A stretch of 63,834 nt of DNA, the filler included, from Octopus bimaculoides (taxonomy: Eukaryota): NCBI RefSeq assembly GCF_001194135.2. It is 5 parts of 5 records of this genome, joined end to end, with 100 filler letters (N's around TTAATTAATTAA, not from the genome) between each part and the next. Parts side by side here need not be neighbours in the genome. Positions count along the whole stretch, not along the records: positions 16,169 to 38,706 come from NC_068997.1; positions 38,807 to 54,895 come from NC_069000.1; 3 more parts are not named here. One strand, given 5' to 3'. Of this stretch, positions 26,473 to 38,989 are shown piece after piece (the stretch's first letter is position 1; every line of letters begins with the position of its first letter). Both the position numbers and the translations under genes were made by a program. A model generated the notes under the pieces. That model ran no database searches and was not told the DNA's origin. It saw only the letters and a program-made list of their open reading frames with translations.

Positions 26473-29400
26473 TATAATAGTTATCTTTGGAACAAACCTA
26501 AGTATGCTGTGAGGTTAAAACTTTGCATTGCAACTGCATAATGGTTCCAAGACTGATCTCAATGTATCGCACTTTCAACAAGTCTCCTACTGTAGCCTCA
26601 GGTTAATCAAAGCCTTGAATTTAGTTATGTGGCAATTGTGCAACAGCCTTTTGAGAATGTGTGTATATGTTGTAAATATATTTATGTGTGAGATAGGTGC
26701 AGACTTGACTATTTGGGAAGAAGTTTGCTTCTGAACTACATGGCACCTTGATCAAGTGTCTTCTACTATAGCTCTGGGCTGACCAAAGCCTTGTGAGTGG
26801 ATTTAGTAGATGGAAAGTGAAAGAAGTCCATTGTATATGTGAATATGATGTGTGTGTGTGTGTGTTACTGTCCCCTTGCCTTGACTTTGTATTGATAGCT
26901 GTTTCCAATTTTCCATGAAAACATGTATGGTCATGGTGGAATATTACCTTACTTGAAAACGGGTGAGGAAGGGTATCCAGCTTTAAAAATTCCATCCAAC
27001 CCATGCGAGCATGGAAAAATTGGCATTAAAACGATGATATATATATATGTATATAGGAGAGAGATAAAAAAATAATGTACCTCTTTTATTGATGCTTAAC
27101 CCTTTTGTTACCATATTTTTGCTGAAATACACTGCCTGTTTTTAATTGATTTTCACATTAATAAAGAATTTAATAAAATAGCTTTGTCATTATTAAGTTG
27201 GTGTTTGGAACATATAATTAACACATTTAGATAGATGTTATAATGTATATTTTTTTGAAACAGCTAGTTTTTAATCATAGAGCCAAAAGCAGTGGAAAGA
27301 GAATAAAAAAAAAACAGTGCTTATAAATATGACTATTGTGTAATTTGCAAAGACATTACCTTGTCATTTTCACCATCAGAAATGCAATAAACCAGTTATT
27401 AGCTCATTGGAAACTAAAGATGCTATGTTGCACCAGTTAGGATAGAAAATGTAATTAAAATAAACTTCCACGTTTAACACTCAGTATTACATTCAGTAAT
27501 TCAACGTCAACTATTCATAGCTTAACCACATATGGCTAAGTGGCTAAGGAGTTAATTTTGCAACCATGAGATTCCAGGTTCATTCCTCCTGCATGGAACT
27601 TTAAGCAAATGTATTAGAGCTTCTGGTTGACCAATACTTTGTGCGATTCAATAGCTGTAAATTTTAAGTATGCTGCAGATGATAATATAGCATTGTACTC
27701 ATAAGTCTGTTCCTAATACAGCTAAAACTAGATCAATGCAATGCCTCGTTTTTTGGCTTCTTGTAGCAGTCCATGTTCATCATAAAAAAGACCAGTGTTA
27801 GCTTTGAATTAATCCAACTATTTGTCTCTCTGGTTCTCCCAGTTCAGATTTACTTTCTACTTTGCTAATCATTGTTGCAATTTCTGTGATAGATTGAGAG
27901 CAATAATAAACCAGAAATTGCACAGGAAATTGTATTTTATATTTCAAATTATTTGATTTTATTTCAATTCACAATATGTTGAGCAAGTGGTACCAACACA
28001 AAGGTTCAAAATTGACATTTTATTTATTATTATTATTTTTTTTTTTGGTTAAATTCCAGTTGTCATTAATATGCCTGCCTTTTGTTTATAATGACAAAGC
28101 AGATGATTGTCACTTCAAGTTAAATCAGCCCTAATACAAACATTACCAGACTAGCTGTAGAGGAAGAACATTTTTTTAACACATTTAGCAACTGCAATTT
28201 GTGATACAAAAACTCAAGTTTCCACATAAAAATATGAGGGGTTTTTCCATTTTTAGACAAATACAGAGCAATTATAAACAATACCATGTTGATTTTGTCA
28301 ACAGATTTTTTTATTCAATGGAATCAATAGTTGTGTGAAAATTTAAATAATTCAGCCAGACTGAAAAGTAAAAATAATTTGGAATGACTTAGCTATCAAA
28401 TCTGTATAAAATATTAAATTACAACCATGGAAAGAAACATTTAGAGCTACCATACATTTTAAAAAAATAGTTCTCTATGTTGGCTGTAACTTACATCAAT
28501 GAAGTTCTACTAAAAATATATAGAAAACTTCGATATGTAAAGTCGAAGACTACTTTCTGTAAACTTCCAATCAGCCATCATATGGAATTGCTCTGGGTTT
28601 TAATAATTGTCTTATGCATGAAATAAGGTTAAAATTAATGTGCAGTTGGAAATATTTCTACAGATAAAATGACAAGTTATGATAAAACTGTTCAAAATAA
28701 AATACTACTCTTTATATAGAACAGTATTTTTCAAAGCTCTATGTCCAAGAAAATGAAGGGAGGTAATTTGGTCGTTGGGTAAATACCAGAATTTCCTAAA
28801 CAAGAGATTATAAGCTGAGTTTCATTTTTATAAATTTATTTTTAAAAAATTTATTTAAAGCTTTGTTGCTGACCAACAAATAACATACTAAACTAACAAC
28901 ATTTATTTTTTAAAGAAAACTTATAATTTAAAATGAAATGAAAATATATTATTTGAATTTGTAATAAATAAATTTGGAGAGAAGAGAAAGTTTTATATGA
29001 CAGCTTAACAGAGTCTGTGATGTCTGGGTCATAGGCACCATTCATTCAGATTTATTGGGATATAAAAATTAAGATGGGAGCATATGTTAGCTTTCTAATT
29101 GAAATTGGTTCCAGTATTAGAAAAATAAATGCCTAACGTTTGACTAAAACTGTTTATCTAATGATCGATTGAAAACAAATTTTTAAAAAAAAGACAAAAT
29201 ATCCAGATATGTAGCAATGAATAAATTCTGTTTCCATACCGGAAGCATGTAATACTTATGTTACTTTCTTTTTTTTTTTTTATTTTAAAGGCCTCTGTTG
29301 GTACATGGAAGTCCCGATTAATGAATATAAAACGGACAATTAGGAAATAAGGTTAAAAGACATGTAACAAAAAAAAATTAAGACTTATACAAAGTATATG

Positions 29401-30526
29401 AGCAAAAGAATTGTTGCCCAGATAACAAGAAATGTTTTTGACATTAACAACAAAATGTGCTAGTTTTGTTTAACCTGAATCTCCTCTTTTGCAACTGTTT
29501 TACATGTGTAAAGGGGCTGTACAGTTGCTCTGGAACTGAAATGTGAAATGCTATTAATGGAATAATTCACTGCAATAAAATCATACGCTTCCTCATTTCA
29601 TATCAATGGTAGAGAAAACAGAAAGTCTGGCATGTTATTTTATAAATAAATAAATAAATAATTCAGTGAATTCCTGCAATAGAAACAGAGTATCCATATT
29701 TTATGATTGGGTTCAGTCACAATTGCAAAGAAAGTAAATGATTGATGTTTGGAGTTTGGAATTTTCCTCTTAGCTTGGCCATAAATTTATTAAAATGGGG
29801 AAAGATCCAGAAACAGCATACAGCAGTGAATCCCTATCCCACAAATATAGGGTCTTTAAATTCTAACTCAAAAGAAGAATTTAGTTCAGATGTGAGAGGA
29901 AGAATAGAGAGCAATATGAAATATCTGATGAAATAAGTGAATTGCATTTTGTGTAGTCTACAAACAATATTTAAAAATCTAACCAAACTTTTTGTTGCAA
30001 ACAAGAAAATTAAGTTTTAAAACTTGGAAACCTTTGCTTTGTAGCTTTAAATATTTTGAATAGTCTGAAGTGTTTGTATTTTAATGATTAGTAATTCTGA
30101 AATCATGCCTAGCAAGGTAGCCAAAACATTTTAGCTTCTAGAAAAAATATACTTATCCCAATAGTCTAAATGGAAGAACAAGAATCCTGGAAGAAAACTA
30201 TTTGGCTAGATTATTAGAATTCACTATTCATTCTAAAGAATAATTAACCTTAAATAAAATAGCTCTCTTGTAAAAGCACTAAATAATTTTTTTTTCTTGA
30301 AATCAAGATAGACACAGGATATTTTCACAGAGCTACAGACAAATGAATGACAAAAATTTATGTAAATTTCCACTGTCTGTTAACAAAGCAACCTTGGTAA
30401 GTGATTGATAGCTGCTCTGGTAGCTCGTGTCACTTCTTTGTTGTTAAAGTGGTGGTGGTGCTGCTGGTGGTTTCCTAAACTGTCAAATCAAGTTTTACTT
30501 CCTTCCTTAGGATGAAATGATGGAAA

Positions 30527-30694
30527 TTATTTCCAAGCAGATTCACCTTTTGGAAATTCTTTTTTCATTTTGCTTAATTTCAAATTTTTCTGTTGCAATT
30601 TTTCTCGTCTTCTTGGATTGTTTCCACCTATTGAAGTGAATTCGACATTTATTTGTCTCCCATTCAGATGAGTATGATGCAGACGCAAACCAAT
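30527..30694 (-). CDS. NOP6: Nop6-like single-RRM protein, last coding exon
   Basis: ttccag acceptor, then IGLRLHHTHLNGRQINVEFTSIGGNNPRRREKLQQKNLKLSKMKKEFPKGESAWK*. Completes the RRM (INVE strand) and resembles the fungal Nop6 C-terminal signature as recalled. Not related to human NOL6. Confidence 0.85.
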   Translation of the reverse strand: MGLRLHHTHLNGRQINVEFTSIGGNNPRRREKLQQKNLKLSKMKKEFPKGESAWK

Positions 30695-31725
30695 CTGGAA
30701 GAAATTTGTAAAAAAGTTAATACAATTCCAAATATAATAAAAACTATTTCCTATTTACTTTTTTAGACTTAGATTCCCATACAGACTAATAAATGTTAAA
30801 TTCGATAAGGACTAGGTGGAGATGTTGCATTAAATACCATCCGTGATGAAGGCAGGGAGTTGGTAGTCATTAGCAGAATTCCTTCTGGCTCTCACCGCCC
30901 TAAGTTAAATCCCAGAAGATCCAGCTTTTTCTTTCATCCTTTTGAGGTCAATAAATAAAGTATCAGTCATGTGTTGGGTTGATTTCTTTTTTCTCTAAGA
31001 AGAAATATGCTATGTTCAGACCTAGAAAGGGGTTGAACTGTACTAAGTTACGAAAATGCCCAAGACATAACAGCACTACTACAACTCAATCAGGAATTAA
31101 GGGTCCCAGCCTAATTAATGAAGCAAATTTATTAAACATAGAGCACTTTCTGAAGGACTGATGGTTTAGCAAAGGATGAAAAATTGATTGACAGGATTTT
31201 AATTTCAGAGAGCTGGAACAAATATTGCATAATGTTCTATTCAACTTGCTGCCATCAGCACTGGTAATATTTAGTGCAAAATCTCAATATGGTTTTAATC
31301 TAATCTAACAGGAACATCTAGTTGACTGCTTTAGGTAGTTGGAGAGCAGCATAACTGATGAAAATGTTGTAAACTAAAAGCTCTGAAGACAACAAATGAA
31401 TAAAATCTATGACCGTTTGGAGTACCAACTTAGAATTAGAGAGATTTACAACTGGTTGTAATGATAACCACAAAAACATAAAATGATCATTAATTAGATG
31501 AAAGTCATTACCATTACATGATGAGTGCTTTTCAGTTAATTAATAATTAAGAAATTACAGAACATTTAAGAATCTTTGTCATGTTAATCAAAAACAATAC
31601 TACAATTATTAATAATAAAACTGCTATGTAACTACACATATTGCCAATAATACTATTGATCTCTAACAAACATAAAAATTTTAATTGACCAGCACTTACA
31701 TATCCTGAAAGAATGAAAGACAAAG

Positions 31726-31941
31726 TACGAGGGGGTGCTGAAAAGTTCCTGACTTTGGGTTAAAAGAAAAATACAAGAGAATCAGTTAATTATGATTTTA
31801 TTCAAAATATTCCCCTTTCAGACTCATACACCTATTGCATCAGTCCTTCAGTTTTTCTAGACCCTGTAAAAGAACTCATCAGGCTGGGCCTCCAACCAGG
31901 TCTTTCACAAAACCCTTAAAGCCAGGAACTTTTCAGCACCC
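31726..31941. mobile_element. Mariner-type MITE
   Basis: Ends tacgagggggtgctgaaaagttcctgactt and aagccaggaacttttcagcaccc are inverted repeats. In the last intron of the RRM gene. Confidence 0.75.
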
Positions 31942-32942
31942 AGAATGTAAAGGCATTCTATCAATTCTATAATTAACCACTTGTCATGGTGGCTGGAGAT
32001 TTTTGTGGTTATGTCAAAACTCACCAAGATGGATTGATTGTGTAAAGAGAAAATTTGATCATCATCATTATTTCACATCAGCTTTTTATATGCCTGCATA
32101 GACTGGACAGATTTTGCCCTCTATTGTACAATAGTTCTTCACCTGGTGCACAAAACAACAGAGATAATTGTCAATCTCTGTATGCTGTTTGTGTTATTTG
32201 TGGGCATAGTTTTTAAAGCTGGATACTTTCTCTATTATCAATCACTTTACAGCATGACTGGGTGCATTGTATCATACTCCCATAACAAGAGAAGCTGACT
32301 TGTGGTAGGACTAAAGAATTCCCCTCTACTGTGTATCAGTTTTTATTCACAATTACTGCCCTCCATAACAGGATTCCAGCACTGTTGATTGTGGAGCTCA
32401 CAACTTCATTTCATTCCTTGATTTAAGAAATATAACAAGACTAGAAAGCCTGAATAATCTTATATGTAACACAAATTTCAGAAATCCAGCTAGACAACTG
32501 GTAGCTCCTGACAAACATAAAGCAAGAGTGTAGGTCAGAAGTCACTGTTATGTATTCAGTGCCCCAGGGTCTCTGCCACACTGATACCTGTATACAGCTG
32601 GCTAGACCAAGTCATTTAGAGTTATACTCAAGTCATAATATGTTGCTTATGATGAAATATGAACCATGTACTCCTTTTAGCTGGTAGACCAAACAGTCTA
32701 TTAAGTTAGTCAGCTGTGGTTCTATGATAATTTACACCTAAAAGGTATTTGTAGTGACAACTATACAATCCTGAAGTGACTGTAGTATGTCAATTGAATG
32801 AAGTTTGTAGAGTAAAATATTTTCTTTCCATAATAACACCAGAAGCTCGTGTCTACAAAAAATGTCATTATTAACTGAAAAGATTCCTCTTCTGTTTCAT
32901 AAAAATATATACAAAAAAAAAAAAAAAGGAAAAAAAACATAC

Positions 32943-33037
32943 CTTGTGACTAATTCTGTCTTTGAATTCAATGTAAGCAAATCCTCGAGGCTTGTTTGTG
33001 CCACGTTCTGTAGGAATTCGAACTTTTTTGACTCCTC
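32943..33037 (-). CDS. NOP6: Nop6-like RRM protein, RNP1 exon
   Basis: (G)GVKKVRIPTERGTNKPRGFAYIEFKDRISHK, RNP1 = RGFAYIEF. ttgcag acceptor, gtatgt donor, phase 1 to 0. Confidence 0.92.
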
Positions 33038-34539
33038 CTGCAAAAAGAAAAAGAATTTTCAATTATTGATAAATTTACATAAACCTAATATCACAAAATT
33101 TTGTTTTACATTTCATATGTATCAGATATTTTACATTTTCTAATTCAAACTATCTACCAATGAGTGGTCAGACTTATTAATTTCAGGAGACAGAACACCA
33201 ATCTAAAAAAAGATGGAGCAGAACCACTTTCCGTTGTTTTCTCTACAAAGATTTAACCTCTTAGCATTCAAATTATTCTGTCAAATGAGATGCTTATTCA
33301 CACTGTTTTGAATTAATCATGCATTATCTAAGATTTCGATGTGATTGCTTATTTTTAGTATGACATCATAGGGTAGATGCAGGGGCCAGATCTAGCCAGT
33401 TTGAGCATAAAACAGGCAGGATATGGCCAGTCTGAATGCTAAACGGTGTAGCTACTGAAAGTCTCTGCAGAGATACAGTGCTAATGACAGAACACTGGTT
33501 ATCAAACTAGCCCTGTAACCATTCCCCTATACAATTCAAGTAATATGTAAAGTAGATGTCCTCCAGGCTATGAAGGGCTTTTTAGTGCCAGTGCCTTGCT
33601 CCAGTTTATACCATGCACAACCTAGCTTTAGAATAGATACACTACATCCCTATGTTTCATAAGTGATGACCAAAAAAAGTCAGAAACAGGAAAGACATTT
33701 ACTTGTTGAACACTGCCTCAAAAAACCCATTCACACAATGCCAGTATTTTAGGCACAAAACAATGCTGATAATGCATTGTTCTAGTTTCATGACAGGAAA
33801 TAAAATAGATGACAAATACATTTTCTTCTGGATAAAACATCAGCATATTGCAGGTTGCTCTTGTTTAGTCTCAAATCAACCCTCATCAAGCAGACCTATA
33901 ATCATGATCAAAGACATTCCAGTTCTGACTGTCCCATCATTCTGTATATCAGAGACTACATTATCCAATGTAGGTCTTACCTTTTCTAAGACAGTAGGAT
34001 GTGACTGGAGGGAAATTTTGTAGCTATTTCTAATAGGTCAAGCAACCAAAGAGAGATCTTTGTTGGCTCAGGTTAACATTCAAAGCTACAGAAAATCTGC
34101 GTCAGTGAATTCCGTCTGATCCATATTAGCCTGAAAAAGTGTCTTCAATAAAGATTACAAACAAATTGATGGAAGGAATGATGTTAACTGATATGACACA
34201 AAGAAAAATAATGCTAAACTCAACTAAATGTGGCACATAAGTCAATTTACACCTTAAACACAGCAACACATCAAACTACGAAATATTAAACTGCTGCTCA
34301 TGCAGCCATAATGTATTATGATGACACATATATAACTCAGCTCACGCACAGGACAGAGTCACACACCAGTGACAGCCACTTATACACAAGTTGTTGTCAT
34401 CAACACTGCCATGCTACATAAATCAATTAGCCATGCAAAACTAAATATTGTGAAACATTTAATCTTGATTTAGTCCTACAGAAAAGAATGTGAATCAGAA
34501 TGACATTAAATGAACAGCTGATGTCTTCTATTTCAATAC

Positions 34540-34932
34540 CTGTTTTACGGAAGTGTTCCTCTAGCTGTTCTTTTGTAACACTGTAAGGTAGGTTACCAAC
34601 AAACACAACATAGGCCTTCTTCACTGGTTTATTGTCCACAGAAAAGTTCTTATCTGGTGTTACATTGTTACTGGTATCAGAGGTAGATTTCTTTGTTTTC
34701 GGTGACGGAGTTTTAGCTTTGGAAGGACTGGCTTTCTTTTCTTTGGTCTTTTTCTTTGGAGCTTTGCTACCAGCAGCTACCACTTTAGCTGTTGCTGTTG
34801 CTGCTGCTGCTGCTGCTACTGGGGGTTTCTTAGTGTGACGAGGTGATATGCGTTTCTTAGAGAGAAGCAGCTTGGACTGAAACCCACTGCTACTCTGTGA
34901 TTTTATTTCCAATGTTCTTTTCGATCGCCGAA
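34540..34932 (-). CDS. NOP6: Nop6-like RRM protein, Lys/Ala-rich exon with RNP2
   Basis: 393-nt open exon ending ...KAYVVFVGNLPYSVTKEQLEEHFRKT(G), RNP2 = VFVGNL. ttttag acceptor, gtattg donor, phase 1-1. Confidence 0.92.
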
Positions 34933-35134
34933 CTAAAAGGAAAAGGAATTAAGAATCAGATGTCACTAGATACAGGAAAATTGATAAGAAAGGAAACACT
35001 TTCAAAATGCCTCACCATTTTCACTACAACACAGCTTTATAACATTATCTGTTACACAGGAATGTATCGACATAGTATTGAACTCATCATCATAATTGTT
35101 GTTGTCAGATGCCATGACTGTCCCACGTTTCAAC

Positions 35135-35368
35135 AGGCGGCGAGCTGCCAGAAACGTCAGCACGCCGGGCGAAATGCTTAGCGGTATTTCGTCTGCCGCT
35201 ACATTCTGAGTTCAAATTACACCGAGGTCGACTTTGCCTTTCATCCTTTCGGGGTCGATTAAATAAGTACCAGTTACGCACTGGGGTCGATGTTATCGAC
35301 TTAATCCGTTTGTCTGTCCTTGTTTGTCCCCTCTGTGTGTAGCCCCTTGTGGGTAGTAAAGAAATAAC
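35135..35368 (+). mobile_element. Young full-length SINE A
   Basis: A-box-like ggcgagctgccagaaacgtcag, B-box-like gagttcaaatt, tail gccccttgtgggtagtaaagaaata. Near-identical to 39405-39640. Confidence 0.9.
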
Positions 35369-35699
35369 TCTGTATTTGTTGTTCTTAAGCATCCTAATGA
35401 GTTAAACTGTACAAAAACTTACACAGGTGTGTTGCTGATTATTTCCTTTTGAATAATTCTCCAGCCAAGAATTTATCGCCAGATCCACACAGATGTTTCC
35501 AAGAACCTTGTTGATCACACAGATATATTTTGGATACTTAGGCAACTGTACATCAATGCTACTGAACTGATAATTTTTTTTTAAATCTTATCATATGCAC
35601 TTAACATCAATACAACAACAGACTGGATTGTAATTCTGAGAAAAGCACACGTGCTTGAAGAGGTCACAGTTTGGATTTTACCCTACTTACCTACCTACA

Positions 35700-36300
35700 T
35701 ACATCATCATCCTTTAACGTCCATTCTCCATGCTGGCTTGGGTTGGATGGTTCAACAGGAGTTGACCAGCTGAAGGTTTGTTCAGGCTCCCTGTGTTTTC
35801 ATATGGTTTCTACGGTTGAATGCCTTTCTAACATCAACCACTTTACAGAACATACTAGGTGCTTTTACGAAGCACCAGCATGTGTGCTTTTTACGTGGCA
35901 CCAGCACCTACAAGCCCACAAAATTAGTGATGCTCAGCTGGAGAGGGTTGCAGCAGGTGAGCCTGTTTGCAAGGGCAACCATGCTTTTACTTTGCTTGAC
36001 ATGTCTTTTCAAGCACAGCAAACCACCAGGAGTCTCAGCCCCCTGTCATCCCCTCTGTGAGTCCCAACATCTGTAGATCCTTTCTCACCATTTCATCCCA
36101 TGTCTTCCTGTGTGTACTCCTTCCACATGTTCCCTCTACAATTAGAAATTTTCACCTCTTGATGCAACTATCTTTGTTCATATGCATTACATGGCCATAC
36201 CAGTGCAGTCTTCTCTCTTGTACACTGTACCTGATACTACACATACCCAGTTTTTCTCCCAAATCACTGACACTCTGTCAAATATATATATCATCATCAA
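35700..36300 (-). mobile_element. Interspersed repeat with a (GAT)n tail (LINE/SINE 3' end)
   Basis: catcatcatcctttaacgtccattctccatgctggcttgggttgga. The same end motif occurs at about 16740-16790, 20207-20320, 23160-23220, 27000-27035, 39040-39300 and 52365-52400. Family unassigned. Confidence 0.6.
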
Positions 36301-36495
36301 GTGTTTTAAATCTGGGTTTTTTCCCCATTAATGGGGGTGGCTGGATCTACCTCAATGCCATAGCAACTGCCCTCACACCATCTCGCCATCTTGCCCAGTT
36401 TGGGCATCACAATATCAACTGTGATATAGATGAAGGAAGTTTCAAAATATAATCAAAAGTTTAACTTGGCAGAATGGAGCAGTGACTGAACTTAC

Positions 36496-36550
36496 CTTTG
36501 GATTTTTCATTTTTCCATTTGTTTGTTTTGCTTCGTGTAGATTTTTCCGT
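36496..36550 (-). CDS. NOP6: Nop6-like protein, probable exon 2
   Basis: ttttgcag acceptor and gtaagt donor. 55 nt, open as TEKSTRSKTNKWKNEKSK(V), phase 0 to 1, fitting the next exon. Confidence 0.7.
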
Positions 36551-38657
36551 CTGCAAAAGAACATGGAATATTGATATGGAATTTCAAACAAAGAGAAGAA
36601 AAAAAATTTTTTTTAGCACAAACAATAAGATAGAAACATACTTAACAACAAGACTAGAAGGTAACAACCATCTGACTTACAGAAGGCTTTGTCTTCTCAC
36701 TGCCTTTTCTATTCTTAAATTGAAGGCCTCTGATCTTCAGAGCCAGCTGGCTTAGTAGCAGCTTCATTCAGGCTTACTAGTCACTCCTACACTCTTTATC
36801 CAAAGTGTATCCATCAATCTCTATCATCGCCAGTCCTTCCACTTCAGAATATTATCTCTCTGGAATTTCATTCTACTTTTCCTTGCAGCTATCAAGTTGC
36901 AGATGTTAAAGAACCTCATCTGTGTCCAATGTTTCTGGTCTTCGCAGTCATTGCCTCCACTTCACGAAATGGCAACAAAGCATAGTTGTGTGGTGTTTAA
37001 ACTGGTAAAATCTGACCTCTTGCACCTATCCTACAATGTCATTCTATAAATAAACAACATCTTCAAAATCTCTAAGCTACAAGATAATACATTATTAATT
37101 TTTTTTAATGTGAATAAATAAGCATTATATTTCAGAGAATGAGCCAAATGCTAAAGGGTTAAATACCACTTCATCCTCCAAGTTACTATCTTTGTTGCAG
37201 GAACTACCCTGGTAGTCCATATTCTGATTACACCACAACTTAACGAAATCTGTTTTATAGATTGAAAATTTCATGCTGTGACAATTATGCCTTTTCAAAG
37301 GACACTAACAATATAAATGAAATCAAATGGCCCTAATTAGTAATTAAAACTGACAACTTAGTAACAGTTGTTAATAAGTTTATCACTTTCTATTTTTAAG
37401 AATTAAGCAAGTCATTCAAAAGGTTGTGTTGATAATACTGAAAGCTATTATATCAATGATAACAAATTGCTGATATCATGATCACTGGGATATCAACAAT
37501 GTACCCTTTAAAGCTACACTAATTTAGCCAGTATTTATTGTTGCCTACATTCACATGTAACTTCACCACAAACTTTATGTTCAAACTGACCAGATCCTGC
37601 CTATCACACCTGCCTCACAATGCTATTCTTAAAATAAGCAATGGCATCATCAAAATCTCAAAAGCTACAATATAATGCATGATTAATTCAAAATGATGTG
37701 AAAGTGATAAAGATGGAGCCACATATCACAAATACAATCCATACATGCACAGTTGCACTATTGTTGCCTTAGATCGGGACAAAACGATGACAGAATGACT
37801 TTTTAGCATTTAAACAGGCCATATCCAGTCCAAATATTCTAACTGTTTTATGTTAAAACTGGCCAGATCCAGCCTCTCACGTTTATCCTACAATGTCAGT
37901 CCTCAAAATCTCAAAGCAATGAAATGTAGCATAATTGACTGACAAGTGAATAAATGAGCATCACATTTGACAGAGTAATCTGAATGCTAAAGGGTTACGG
38001 ACACAAAGGGATTGAACTTAGAACTTTATTTTTGCAAAGCAAACTTCTTAACCACACAGCCATCATGCACATGTACACACACACACATACACACAATAAA
38101 AACACAAGCAACCGTTTATATTGAACCTTACTCAATTACGCTTATCCTAATTAAAGAAGGCTTAAAATTGCTGTGGGCAGACTTACAAAGAGATCTGTTA
38201 TATCCCCATTATATTATCTCCTATAATCCAATTATGATATGTTTAACTATAGTATTGAGCTTATCACATTATTATATTGCAACAACAGCTGCCGCCCCTT
38301 AATACAAGCCCATATCTAGGGCAATTCTTGTCAAATGACAAATAACATCTAACTAGAATCTCATACAATATATAAATAATGAAATATGGATCTTATTCAA
38401 AACATTATTTTCTTTTATCCTTTACTTGTTTCAGTCATTTGACTGCAGCCCATGCAGGAGCACCACCTTGAAGAAGTTTTAGTCAAATGAATCAACCCCA
38501 GTGCTTTTTTTTTTTTTTTGTCTTAAAGCCTGGTACTTATTCTATCGGTCACTTTTGCCAAATCACTAAGTTACGGGAATGTAAACACATTGACACCAGT
38601 TGTCAAGCAGTAACGGGGGACAAACACAGATACAAAGACACATACAATTTTATATAT

Positions 38658-38706
<49 letters not shown>

Positions 38707-38806
38707 NNNNNNNNNNNNNNNNNNNNNNNNNNNNNNNNNNNNNNNNNNNNTTAATTAATTAANNNNNNNNNNNNNNNNNNNNNNNNNNNNNNNNNNNNNN
38801 NNNNNN
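38707..38806. other. Artificial scaffold linker (N...TTAATTAATTAA...N)
   Basis: The same construct occurs near 16070-16168, 54897-54995 and 62580-62679. TTAATTAATTAA gives stops in all six frames. Confidence 0.9.
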
Positions 38807-38839
<33 letters not shown>

Positions 38840-38916
38840 TCGTCGGTAAAACATAAATCCGAAAAAGAAGCTCACTCTAAGTTATAGAGCAGTATATATT
38901 AAAGTTAGATAAGGCC

Positions 38917-38989
38917 GGTTTACGGGATTACCTTAGGTTTCACGTCAATAAAGGGCTTACCTTTACGGTGCATCATCAGATCCCAAACC
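38917..38989 (-). ncRNA. Type I hammerhead ribozyme motif (candidate)
   Basis: Minus strand reads GGUUU GGGAU CUGAUGA UGCACCG UAAAGG UAAGC CCUUUA UUGACGU GAAA CC UAA GG UA^AUCCC GU AAACC. Full core (CUGANGA, GAAA, UH), 10-bp stem I with a GU bulge, 3-bp stem III, 6-bp inner stem II. The base of stem II is irregular. Confidence 0.7.
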
